Source: Lingula anatina (lineage: Eukaryota; Animalia; Brachiopoda). Taken from it: a stretch of DNA of 64,000 bases. Shown here piece by piece: positions 52,901 to 64,000 of this stretch. The notes under the pieces are model-generated. The model was not told the DNA's origin and did no database searches. It saw only the letters and a list, made by a program, of their open reading frames with translations. Location: contig CM120641.1 of NCBI GenBank assembly GCA_051362555.1, positions 25,674,401 to 25,738,400 on the forward strand. The letters are read 5' to 3'. The position numbers were made by a program, and so were the translations under genes. Within the stretch, counting starts at the first letter, position 1; each line of letters begins with the position of its first letter.

Positions 52901-54222
52901 TAAACTTGTTATGGTGTATTGTGTAATAAAGTGTCAAAAATGGAAATAAACTCATATCATTGCAGTTTGTCAGATTTAATCATTCACTATGTTCAGAGTC
53001 TCAGAATGGAGGAAATTGGACATTTAACACTGTTCTATTGATATTTTTCCATCTCATCAATTTTCTTAGTTGATCATATATAAATGGCAGTAAATTGTTA
53101 ATTTTGTTATATGTTAAAAAATTGTTAAAAATGGAAAAAAACACATTTCAGGAAAGTGCTGTCTTGTCTGTATTTCCACATAAGCAGTTGTATTGTTTTT
53201 TATGTCTTTAAACATTATGTAATATTATTTTATGCACTGTCATCATTTTTCAAAAATTGAGACTTTCATCATGTGAATTTGAACTCTCATGGTCCTGAAA
53301 CTGTAATCTTATTGAAGGGGTGGATTGAGACCATCTTTTGGGTCTTCCAGAAGACGGTCAGGTTATTAAGTTTATATTGACTGGTATCTATTTTTTTTCT
53401 GTTGGAAGACCATAAAAATGGGGGATGGATCAACATAGATACTTTGGAATACTATCAGAAAATATCTCTGGGTTCGCTCCTGTTATTGACCATGGTACCT
53501 TTTGTGCATGATTAGAATTCAGTGTTGACTGACAGTGCTATTATAAGCATTATTTATTATTGCATCAAAATTGACAAAATGACCTATTTTGCATCTTTAT
53601 TTTCTGTTTTTTGTCTGTACATTTGACAGCTTTGCTGCCTTGTTATAGTGCATATCCAGGATGCTTTTACCATATTGATAAAAAAATTTTGTTTAAATAT
53701 CAGTCTAATGCAGGGGACACATATGCAGAAGTGAAAATGTAAGTGGGTAAAGTGGTTTGTAAACTAGGTCATCCCACCCTGGATTACAAAAGTTACTGTA
53801 ATCTAACCTCCATACTTGGCAAGCACCTGCTGAAATAAATTTGACTGCCATATGACAGGGACCTGCTGCTAATTGAGTCAATTTGCAGGGGTTGCTGAAT
53901 CTTAGGGTGGGTCATTCTAAAATTAGATAAATATCCAGTTGAGAATGATGATGAAAATACCAAAATGTTTATAGCATGCTTTTTTAATTGTTTTTTAGCT
54001 GTCAAATCCATTGTATGAAAACAATGCAAACCTCACTACAGTTGAAGACTTGGAGTGTCTTGATCAAAGTATTATGGAGGATGCTGGGGCAGAGGTGACG
54101 GGAGTATTCGACTCCATTCTTTATGTTGGTATGTAGACATCACTGTATTCTAGCTTTGAGTGACTTGGCTGAAGTGAAAAAATGTGTTCTGGAGAGAAGT
54201 TTTGTGTCTGAATGTACATGGT

Positions 54223-54255
<33 letters not shown>

Positions 54256-55534
54256 AAGAGAAAGAGGGGAAAAAAAGGAGTTTAATCATTTTCCTTTATC
54301 TCAAAATGCCTTTTGAATCATGACAGATAAATCAAACCTTGTGAAACATAACAAATATTATTTTTTATTGGATACTGTCATGTCTTTGTCAACTATGTGC
54401 ATGAATGCCCCTGATTGTCTGTTTTGCAGCCAAGTATGTGTACCATGCCCCAGAGTGGTTCCATCATGTTCTCATCACAGCCAGAATTCTGGGGAAGAAT
54501 TCCCTGGAGACCTTTGTAGACTGGTTCATTGGAAAGAAACTGTGGCAGGTCTCACAGGAGCACCGTATAGAAAGTCTTGTTCACTTACTGAGGGGTGAGC
54601 AGAATACATTTAATTCATCTTGATTCATGTAATTTCTACAAGACATAGAGCTTTTTTATCTGTGATCTTCTGTAAAATGTTCTGTTTATTTTTATGTCAA
54701 AAACACATTATACTGTTAATATTTCACAGCCAAGAATTCTTCAATAATTTATTTTCATTACTAAAAAGACTGATAAGTTTCCTTATATTTTTCAGATGCT
54801 CTGTTTTTCGATAATGATCCACCTAGGTAAGTTGAATATTGGCATTGCTATAGTTGCTTTACTGCAAAAATGCCATTAACTTTATAAGATAAAAACCTGA
54901 AAAAAATATGGTATACATATAGGCTTTTTATATTTTTCCGTCCTTTTTTCCAACATCATCAGCTTTTGTTTTCAGAACTGATGAGCAGAAGGCAGAAAGA
55001 AGAGATCAGGCACTTAAGGAGCTCAATGAATTCTTCCCAGGTTTGTACTTTAATGAAAACAATTAATTTAAACTATTACAGTAACCTAGCAATGATTACA
55101 ATAAATATAAATATTTAATATGAACAAGTGTTTGACTTTCGTTGTAATATTTATTTCAGAGTTTTTAAAGAAGGCGGTTGGATCTGAAAATTTTCATCAT
55201 GGCACCTATACAATATTTCATATATTACAGCAGCCATTACTAAATAAACAGGTAAATTACAACTAAATTCTTCTTGTCTTTTATTTCCTTCGCAATTTTT
55301 AGGCAAAAGAATTTGAGCTGAGAAGGTGGGGTTGTTTTTTTTTTGGATGAAAAAATTACCCTAATTCACATTAACCTAGGAACAAATAGAACTGAAATTT
55401 CTATGCAATTCTGTCTCAGGAAAAGGAGATTTAATGCTGCATTCTTCTTATTTCAGCTGTCATATGTGATGTTAGACATTGTGTTACAAGAATTGTTCCC
55501 AGAAATTGAGAAAGCTGAAGACTTTGAACAATGA
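22705..55534 (+). CDS. SNX14: Sorting nexin-14 (TM-PXA-RGS-PX-Nexin_C), 916 aa, 31 exons
   Basis: Exons: 22705-22796, 23787-23855, 31042-31090, 32005-32075, 32340-32418, 32683-32726, 32877-32964, 33421-33505, 34096-34258, 34695-34770, 35619-35744, 36215-36329, 36565-36720, 36920-36977, 37203-37269, 37618-37750, 38712-38776, 39013-39214, 48690-48723, 48890-48939, 49208-49308, 49616-49712, 49998-50038, 50465-50538, 50839-50893, 53999-54128, 54430-54594, 54796-54826, 54976-55040, 55160-55251, 55457-55534. Total 2751 nt, open frame, all GT-AG. Diagnostic peptides: LLPNL, [36 protein letters not shown] (PXA), FMQFLKAEGAVNVLQF (RGS), WSVYRKYNDFYMLEQKLREFHG (PX), [25 protein letters not shown] (C-terminal). 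Confidence 0.95.
26840..26934. mobile_element. Tiny MITE remnant
   Basis: Inverted ends GGCCCATTTCACAAA / TTTGTGAAACTGGAC. Similar ends occur around 4492-4520. Confidence 0.4.
27738..30743 (+). mobile_element. Helentron-associated non-autonomous element (HINE/DINE-like), dimeric copy in SNX14 intron 2
   Basis: T-run, then a 13-bp stem-loop TATGTACAGACAC-AGAT-GTGTCTGTACATA (27741-27770), a (GTC/GCC)n microsatellite and ~159-bp tandem core units. Ends with a subTIR copy GTCTGTACAT plus hairpin GACAGC-TTT-GCTGCC and TTGTT. A second, truncated head lies at ~29349. Confidence 0.85.
30887..30999. repeat. Compound microsatellite (GATT)n-(GCAT)n-(CA)n-(GA)n
   Basis: Read directly, upstream of SNX14 exon 3. 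Confidence 0.9.
33649..34007. mobile_element. Kolobok-type MITE in SNX14 intron 8
   Basis: TTAA TSD (33645-33648, 34008-34011) with TIR AGGTACATACAAA / TTTGTATGCATCT. Confidence 0.7.
41059..43502 (-). mobile_element. Kolobok-like DNA transposon (decayed) nested in the HINE
   Basis: TTAA|AGGGTTTGCTTCATG ... CATGAACATTGTCCT|TTAA. Inverted subterminal GGTCACGTGGT.C..TGACGACAATC at ~41226 and ~43296-43321. The flanks are contiguous in the paralogous HINE tail at ~63282-63420 (empty site). Possible THAP/KolX remnants on the minus strand. Confidence 0.7.
44772..44828. repeat. (TA)n microsatellite
   Basis: Read directly. Similar tracts at 49878-49965 [(TA)n(TG)n] and 63489-63549. Confidence 0.95.
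45570..47950 (+). repeat. Headless, diverged HINE-related tandem array and tail
   Basis: Repeated ~160-bp units CATGAAACTCACAGAACTGATGATTATTAGTAAAAGAATGGTCAAGATTGAAAATCAGCATGACCAGGCCC..., homologous to the HINE core, arranged in a higher-order duplication (~45570-46130 / 46450-47000 / 47000-47400) and followed by HINE tail sequence. Confidence 0.75.
51286..53644 (+). mobile_element. Composite HINE with three heads and one tail in SNX14 intron 25
   Basis: Stem-loop heads at 51290, 51994 and 52220; single terminal hairpin at 53613-53644. Unit spacing 159 bp (GATCGGGCCACT at 51642 and 51801). Confidence 0.85.
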
Positions 55535-58500
55535 CTGTGATAATCATTCAACGGCCACATCAATTTTATCATCTTCATAAACAGTCTGGGGGATGGATAG
55601 GAAATCATTTTGAATGGTTTTAAAGCACTAAATGGCATTTTTAATCATCAGAAATAATCATTTTCATGTGTTGAATAGTCTTGTAACATCTCAGATGCAT
55701 TTGTGCTATATCTCAGTATAAATGCATGGTGGAAATATGTTTAGGTAATCATAGTGTAGGGTCCAAGTAAATCCAAGAGTATTTTGTATTTTACAAAGAA
55801 AAATCATTTGACAATAATACAATTATTACACATATTTTAGGGAGGAAACACCACTCTGTATTTGAAAACCTATTTCTGTGAAGTGCCATGAAAAAAGTGA
55901 GGAATAATTTCAAGTGATAGCTCTGGCATATTTGAGTAATAGGTACTGCTGGTTGGATTGGCAGGACCTTTCAACATGGGAGTAGTACTTATTAATTAAA
56001 AAACACGGAGCTTTCTTTCTGCTACATTTATAAATAAAAGCACTTATTATGTTTTCTTTTATCAATTTGACAGTGTTGCATTGGCCTTTGTGCTATCTTT
56101 GATGGTTTGTGTTTTGTTTTTCATTAATGTGGACTTAAGCATGAAAACAAAAATTCCTGTTAAGTTTGTGAACGTGTGCTACATACTAATAGACCTTTTG
56201 GTGTTGTTATCGTTATCTTCATTTATGAAAAAACTTGGAAGCAGCTGTTGGAGTGTGCATACTATATCCTAGAGGTTGTTGTCTTCTGTTGAAAATTTAA
56301 GACGGGGCATTCTCAGCATTCTGACATATACTACACGTGTTGCACCTGATCTCAAGTGGGAAAAAAATGAAAACTTTTTTTCATAACCTATTGCAATGAA
56401 ACAGTTATCTCTATAGTCCAATTTAGATAATACAAGAGGTATCTATAGCTTGTTGTCATTGGTTAATTTACTACATGATCACAAAATGACCATTATCTGT
56501 ACTTTCTACCTTATATTACAATATCTGATGTATGAAAAGTTGTTAATGATAATTTCATTTTTGTGTGTATGTGTACTTCTGGTTTTCTCTACTTCTGTGA
56601 AAATACTCACTAGAAATATGGCTGTTGTTTGCACCACTGGGTAATTTTAAATACGATCTCGTCCGTGCAGCACAGTGCATAAACTTTCAATGTTGTAATC
56701 AATATTTTTCTAGTGGGAAGTCTTTCAAATGAGAAACAAACACAGAGAATAGGATCTACCTGATGTAAATAGTCAGTTGCATTGTTATTTTGGCTTCAAA
56801 TGGTTGTTCCAAAGCTGTCTTATCATGATATCAGTATTGTCATAGGTATTTGCACTGCTGCCATTAGTTTGTTTGCTGTGCAAAATGTGATATGTTGCTA
56901 CCTAGAGTTCAAGTAAAAGTTTTCAAGAATTTCCCTACAGCATCAGAAATGTTGTGTAATTATATTGAATTCTATTTTTGCTTTGCCTTAGTTTCAATGG
57001 ATAAAATTCTTAAAATCCAAGGTTAAATATTTCTTGTTCTTCTATCACTGTAAGATTTGGAAGGTCAGCTATTTATTGAAAAGGACTTACTATGTGCAAT
57101 TTTTAAGTGTATTCACATCTTAAGACATGGAAATTATATAAATCATTGTTATACATATTATAAAACTCAAAACACCAAGCATCATCAGCAGAATAAAGTA
57201 TGTAAAGAAATATTTCACAAGTGAATACATTGTACAGGTGGCCATTTCAAATGTATTGTTGTTAGGTCAGAATGTGAAAATTTCTCCACCTTCACCCAAA
57301 TTAGGGCACCTTTATTTTTTGCAAGTCATCTCTACTAAAATGCACCATCTGGCCTGTAGGTGAAAGACAAGTGTTACTTTGGGGTTATTATGAAGATTTT
57401 TCTGTAAAACCAATCCTCCAGACGTAAGGACATACTTGATAAATGGAAAATATTTAATTTTGATGTTTAATGATTTACGTTCAGATGTAAGGCCTACACG
57501 TAATATCTATTACTGCTTCTTGACGGTTGTGGTCCCACGTGGACAAATGCGATAAATATTGGAAGCATCAGCAGATATTTAATTTATGACTTGGATCACA
57601 ATTTCAACACAAGATGTTGCAGACGTGAAGTCTGAGGTATATTATGTACATATTGATGTGTCAAAACCAAGTGAAATAAACATTGCAAGGATCACATGGT
57701 CTTGTTATTGATGATTTCTCATCACTTTTTGTACCTAATACAAGCTTTTGTTATAGATTGTCTATAAATAAGAAAATAGTTTGCTGGTTATCTTGAAAAG
57801 TGCTGCCATCTTATTTAAGGTGTATTCTCACAGGGACTACCACACCAGACAGCCAAAGTTCTTGGATGTGGTCAGTCTTTGAGTGAAGAGTCCTTCTGGT
57901 GACATGTAAAATAGTGTGGTTCTAAACGAGTCATCTTAAGTATTCTTCCCTTTTTATGTACAGACACAGATGTGTCTGTACATATAGCCATCATCTGCGT
58001 CTGTCGTCGCCGTCGCCGTCGTCGCTGTCGCCGTCGTCGCCGTCGCCGTCGCCGTGCACTTTTACCGATAACACGATAAGTGGAAAACCATTTTGCCTTT
58101 TGATTTGAAACTTGCAGAACTGATGAATATTCATAATACGCAGGTCAAGTTCGAAAATCAGCATGATCGGGTCACTCTTAGGGAATTTATGCTGTTTTTT
58201 CACTTTTTTCAACATATATGCAGCACCGATAACACGATAAGTGGAAAACCATTGTACCTTTTGGCTTGAAACTTACAGTACTGATGAATATTCATAATAC
58301 GCAGGTCGAGTTCGAAAATCAGCATGATCGGGTCACTTATAGGGAATTTATGCTGTTTTTTCACTTTTTTCAGCATATATGCAGCACCGATAACACGATA
58401 AGTGGAAAACCATTTTACCTTTTGGCTTGAAACTTACAGAACTGATGAATATACATAATACGCAGGTCAAGTTCGAAAATCAGCGTGATTGGGTCATTTT

Positions 58501-59749
58501 TAGTGAATTTAGGCTATTTTTTATTCTCTTTTTTCAGCATATATGCAGCACCGATAACACCATAAATGGAAAACCATTTGACCTTTTGGCTTGAAACCTA
58601 CAGAACTGATGAATATTCATAATACGCAGGTCAAGTTCGAAAATCAGCATGATTGGGTCATTTTTAGTGAATTTAGGCTATTTTTCACTTTTTTTCAGCA
58701 TTTTTGCAACACTGATAACACAATAAATGAAGAGCTGTTTTACCCTTTGGCTTGAAACTTACAGAACTGATAAATATTCATAATACGCAGGTCAAATTCG
58801 AAAATCAGCACGATCGGGTCACTTATAGGGAATTTATGCTGTTTTTTTTTTCACTTTTTTCAGTATATATGCAACACTGATAACACAATATAATAAAAAC
58901 AGATTGGCCAATTGTCATTATACTCACAGGAGGGGCCAATCTTACTAAAACGCAGGTTGAGTTTGAAAATCAGCATAATCAGTCCATTATTTTAAAAGGT
59001 AATGCTGTTTTTTCACATTTCCTCACATTCAATTCTTAGGCATGTTAACAGTCTCATTATTGAACTAATAAGATACGTAAATGTGTTTGTTTGGCATTTC
59101 CTGCATCTTTACAACATTGTTAGTTGATTTTGTAAAAATGATGGTAAACTTGTTATCATGTATTGTGTAATAAAGTGTCAAAAATGGAAATAAACTCATA
59201 TCATTGCAGTTTGTCAGATGCATTCATCCACTATGTTCAGAATCTCAGAATGGAGGAAGTTGGGCATTTAAAACTGTTCTGTTGATACTTTTCCCATCTC
59301 ATCAATTTTCTTCATTGGTCATATAAAAATGGCAGTAAACTGTTTATTTTGTTTTATGTTTAAAAAGTGTTAAAAATGGAAATAAACCCATTTCAGAACA
59401 GTGCTGTATTGTTTACATTTTGGCATTTTCAATATGTGACTTTGAAGTTCCATGGGCCTGAAGGCTTTTGCTAGTCACATTTTCTGAATAACCATGATAC
59501 TAATATTTTATAATTAAAAATTGATGGTCATTATGCTGTAAAACATTATGTAATATTGCATGAAATTTTGAAGAAACCCCTATTTTGGGCACTGCTCCCA
59601 TGATGACCATTTAAGGAAAATCATGTCACTTACTGTTCTCAAACTTACAGGAAAGAAACATGGGACTAAAATACAGCTCCAGTAGGCAATGCAGTCTGTT
59701 TGGTAAATTTTTCTGGCAATTAAACAGTTTTTTGTGAAAATTTAATTTT

Positions 59750-62058
59750 TATGTACAGACACAGATGTGTCTGTACATATTGCCATCACCTGTGTCTGTC
59801 GTCGCCGATGCCGATGCCGATGGCGATGCCGATGCCGATGCCGTCGCCGGCGCCGTGCACTTTCCTTGTAAACACGATAAGTGGAAGGCAGTTTCACTTT
59901 TTGGCTTAATATTTACAGAGCTGATGAATATTCATAAAACGCAGGTCAAGTTCGAAAATCAGCATGATCGGGCCATTTTAAGGGAAGTTATGCTGTTTTT
60001 TCACTTTTTTCAGCATATATGCAACCCTGTAAACACATTTTAAGGAAAACCGTTAGGCCTGTTGTCATGAAACTCACAGTAGTGGTCAATCTTACTAAAA
60101 TGGAGGTTGAGTTCAAAAATCAGCATAATCGGGGCATTATTTTAGAAGTTATGCTGTTTTTTCACATTTCCTCAGATTCAACTCTTAGGCATGTTAACAG
60201 TCTCATTATTGAACTAATAAGATACGTAAAAGGGTTTGTTTGACATTTCCTGCATCTTTACAACATTGTTAGTTGATTATGTAAAAATGATGGTAAACTT
60301 GTTATCGTGTATTGTGTAATAAAGTGTCAAAAATGGAAATAAACTCATATCATTGCAGTTTGTCAGATTTAATCATTCACTATGTTCAGAATCTCAGAAT
60401 GGAGGAAATTAGACATTTAACACTATTCTATTGATATTTTCCCCATCTCATCAATTTTCTTAGTTGATCATATAAAAATTGCAGTAAACTGTTTATTTTG
60501 TTTTATGTTAAAAAAAGTGTTAAAAATGGAAATAAACCCATGTCAGAACAGTGCTGTCTTGTTTCACATTTCCTCAGATTCAATTCTTAGGCAAGTTAAC
60601 AGTCTCATTATTTAACTAATAAGACATGTTTAAGTGTTTGGTTGACATTTCCTGTATCTTTACAACATTATTAGTTGATTATGTAAAACTGATGGTAAAC
60701 TTGTTATCATGTATTGTGTAATAAAGTTTCAAAAATGGAAATAAACTCATATCATTGCAGTTTGTCAGATGCAATCATTCACTATGTTTAGAATCTCAGA
60801 ATGGAGGAAATTGGACATTTAACACTGTTGTATTTATATTTTTCCCATCTCATCAATTTTCTTAGTTGATCATATAAAGATGGCAATAACCTGTTAATTT
60901 TGTTTTATGTTTAAAAAATTGTTAAAAATGGAAAAAAAAAAAACATTTCAGAACAGTGCTGTCTTGTTTACATTTTGGCATTTTCAAGTTGTGACTTTGA
61001 AGTTCCATATGGGCCTGAAGACCTTTGCTAGTCACATTTTCTGAATATCCATGATAGTAATATTTTATTATTAAAATTGATGGTCATTATGCTGTTAAAC
61101 ATAATGTAATATTGCATCAAAATTTGAAAAAAAAACTATTTTGGGCACTGCTCCCATGATGACCATTTAAGAAAAACAATGTCACTTACTGTTCTCAAAC
61201 AGTACAGTAAATATGTACAGATGTGTCTGTACATATTGCCATCACCTGTATCTGCCGTCGCCGCCGTCACTGTCGCCGGCGCTGGCACCGTGCACTTTCA
61301 TTGTAAACATGATAAGTGGAAGGCAGTTTTACTTTTTGGCTGTATGTTTACAGAGCTGATGAATATTCATAAAAAGCAGGTCAAGTTTGAAAATCAGCAT
61401 GATCGGGCCATTATTGTAGAAGTTATGCTGTTTTTTCACTTTTCAGCATATATGCAACCCTGTAAACACATTTTAAGGAAAACCGTTAGGCCTGTTGTCA
61501 TGAAACTCACAGGAGTAATCAGTCTTATGAAAACGCAGGTCAAGTTCGAAAATCAGCATGATCGGGCCACTGTTTTAGTAGTTATGCTGTTTTTTCATTT
61601 TTCAGCATATATGCAACACTGTAAACACAATATAAGAAAAACAGATGGGCCAATTGTCATGAAACTCACAGGAGTGGTCATTCCTGCTAAAACGCAGGTT
61701 GAGTTCAAAAATCAGCTTAATCGGGCCATTATTTCAAAGAAATGCCGTTTTTCACATTTCCTCAGATTCATTTCTTAGGCATGTTAACAGTTTCATTATT
61801 TAATTAATAAGATATGTAAAAGTGTTTGTTTGGCATTTCCTGCATCTTTACAACATTATTAGTTGATTATGTAAAAATGATGGTAAACTTGTTATCGTGT
61901 ATTGTGTAATAAAGTTTCAAAAATGGAAATAAACTCATATCATTGCAGTTTGTCAAATTCAATCATTAAAATTTTGCATCAGAATTGACAGTAGCCTATT
62001 TTGTGCATAGTTATTTCCTGTTTTTTGTCTGTACATTTGACAGCTTTGCTGCCTTGTT
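59750..62058 (+). mobile_element. Dimeric HINE precisely nested in the 57951 copy
   Basis: Head at 59750-59779, second truncated head at ~61212, terminal hairpin at 62027-62058. Same composite layout as 27738-30743. Confidence 0.85.
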
Positions 62059-63484
62059 CACTTATTGGCATTTTCAAGGTGTGACTTTGAAGTTCCATGA
62101 TCCTGAAGACCTTTGCTTGTCACATTTCCTGAATATCCGTGATACTAATATTTTATAATTAAAAATTGATGGTCATTATGCTGTTAAACATTATGTAATG
62201 TTGCATCAAAATTTGAAGAAACCCCTATTTTGGGCACTGCTCCCATGATGACCATTTAACAAAAATCATGTCAATTACTGTTCTCAAACTTACAGGAAAG
62301 AAACATGGGTCTAAAATACAGCTTCAGTTGGCAATGCATACTGTTTGGTAATTTTTTCTGGCAATTAAACAGTTTTTTGTGAAAATTTAATTTTTCACAT
62401 ATTGGCATTTCCAAGGTGCGACTTAGAACCTCCACGGGCTTGAAGACCCGTGCTAGTCACATTTTGTGAAAATCCATGACACTTATATTTTATTATTAAA
62501 AAATCGATGGTCATTATGCTGTTAAGCATTATGTAATGTTGCATCAAAATAGCAGAAAACACAATTTTTGGTGCTGCTGCCTTGATGATCATTATGGAAA
62601 AACCGTGTTACTTATGACTGTCAAACTTTCAAAAAAGAAACACAGGACTAAAATGCAGCCTGAGTTAGAAAAGCAGTCTAATTGGCTTCTTTTTCTGGAA
62701 GTTATACATTTTAGTGTTATATTCATTATCTTTTTTGGCATATTCATTATGGGACTCGGAGCTCCCATGGACATGAAGCCAAATGGTAATCATATTTTCT
62801 ACATGTCCATCCTATTTATAGTCAATAAACAAAAATTGGTGATAATTATTCTCTAATTTATTATGTAATGTTACATCAAAATTGACAATCTTTTTGCACT
62901 GCTACTGCAAACATTATGAAAAGAAAACTGTGCTACTTATTATAATTTTAAACTTACAAGTACGATTTTTAGGATTGGCCTTCAGCTCAAGAGAAAACCA
63001 GCTCTATCGGATTATCATGTTTATTGTATTTATGCATTTTTTGTGAAATTTTCATTTTTCTCATTCTGGCACTTTCTAAGTATAAACTTGAACTCTGATG
63101 GGCCTGAAGCCTTATGCTTTTACTTTCGTCTGTGTTACCTGTTGTGCATAAGTTGATGTTGACTGTGCAGTTAAACATAATGTATTATTGCATCAGGATT
63201 GGTAGTCTCCTATTTTGGGCATTATGGTTTTGTGCTTTTCTTAAGGTGTGACTTATGGGCCTGAAGACCTTTGAGTGGGTCAGTCTGTAAATTACCCTTG
63301 GGTATCGCTAGATTAATTTCAGAGTTATAAAGTCATTTGCTTTAATAGGCCATTAAATGAGATTACGTAAAGCACACTTGTTGATATTTCCCTGTAAACT
63401 CCCAAAGGTAAAGCTCTTTGCTAGATTAATAATAAGGAAGCAGTGATAATTATGCAGGTAAATTTTGTTTAATATTGCAAATAA

Positions 63485-63551
<67 letters not shown>

Positions 63552-63595
63552 AACTGGAAGATTAAAAGTTTGAATAGCAGCTTCATTAGAATTAT

Positions 63596-63832
63596 ATTTA
63601 CCTCAAGCTCTGCCAAGGAGGTTATATTTTCACCCCTGTTTGTCTGTCATCCACATAACACAAAAAGTTATGGACTGATTTTGCAGAAATTTTCAGGAAC
63701 TGTCGGAAGTGGGCCAAAGAGGACAATGATTAATTTTTGGTGGTGGTCCGGATCAATAATCAATCAATTATCAATATAATCAACAATTGCTGCCTTGGCA
63801 GAGGTCTGCACTCTCAAAGTGCTTTTCTAGTT
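63596..63832 (+). mobile_element. Short Helentron/Helitron-type non-autonomous element of a second family
   Basis: subTIR CTCTGCCAAGG (63608-63618) / CCTTGGCAGAG (63793-63803), short TGTC repeat, 3' hairpin GCACT-CTCAA-AGTGC and CTAGTT end, inserted in a T-rich site. Confidence 0.75.
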
Positions 63833-64000
63833 TTGTTGTTTTCCTTTATAATTTTTTCTCAAACACTTGCATTTGTGACTTTTAGCCCCAGGCAGGCTCT
63901 CATCTGCCTGGGGCTCTGCACATTTTCTGTATTTCTACATAAGCAGTTGTATTGTTTTTTATGTTTTTAAACATGATGTAATATTATTTTATGCACTGTC

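Larger units (their letters stand above)
57951..64000 (+). mobile_element. Large HINE downstream of SNX14 (runs off the window), interrupted by two nested elements
   Basis: Head at 57955-57984, long (GTC/GCC)n, six ~161-bp units, then tail repeats. It resumes after 62058 and again after 63832. Confidence 0.8.

Noticed and set aside
22705-55534. U12-type or other non-canonical introns in SNX14
   Set aside because: All 30 donors are GT without the GTATCCTT signature, and all acceptors are AG.
57955-58980. CRISPR-like or regularly spaced repeat array
   Set aside because: Units are homologous along their whole ~161 bp, with no unique spacers and no cas genes; the context is eukaryotic.
61179-61778. 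199-aa ORF, and similar ORFs at 27711, 29490, 51741, 52126 and 59765, with repeated FENQHDRA motifs
   Set aside because: They are translations of HINE core units. The 159-bp unit length keeps the frame open by chance, and paralogous units carry frameshifts and stops.

Overview
AT-rich, intron-rich animal genomic DNA; an invertebrate (mollusc-like repeat landscape) is my inference. Three spliced protein-coding genes could be assembled by hand. (1) A CARHSP1/CSDC2-type cold-shock-domain gene (+, 3 coding exons, 147 aa). (2) Phosphomannomutase PMM (-, 8 exons, 252 aa, one GC-AG intron), tail-to-tail with (1), as for human CARHSP1-PMM2 and CSDC2-PMM1. (3) Sorting nexin-14 (+, 31 exons, 916 aa), head-to-head with PMM, with 267 bp between the start codons. 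The rest is non-autonomous DNA transposons: an Academ-like foldback element carrying a ~175-bp-periodic YY1-like motif array, Kolobok-type TTAA elements, small MITEs, a candidate solo LTR, and many Helentron-associated (HINE/DINE-like) elements with ~160-bp satellite-like arrays that insert into one another. SNX14 intron 18 holds a 9.2-kb four-level nest inside a (TG)n microsatellite. Most ORF-track entries are spurious. I found no evidence of a wholly new protein-coding system; the notable structure is in the mobile elements, the gene order and the splicing signals.
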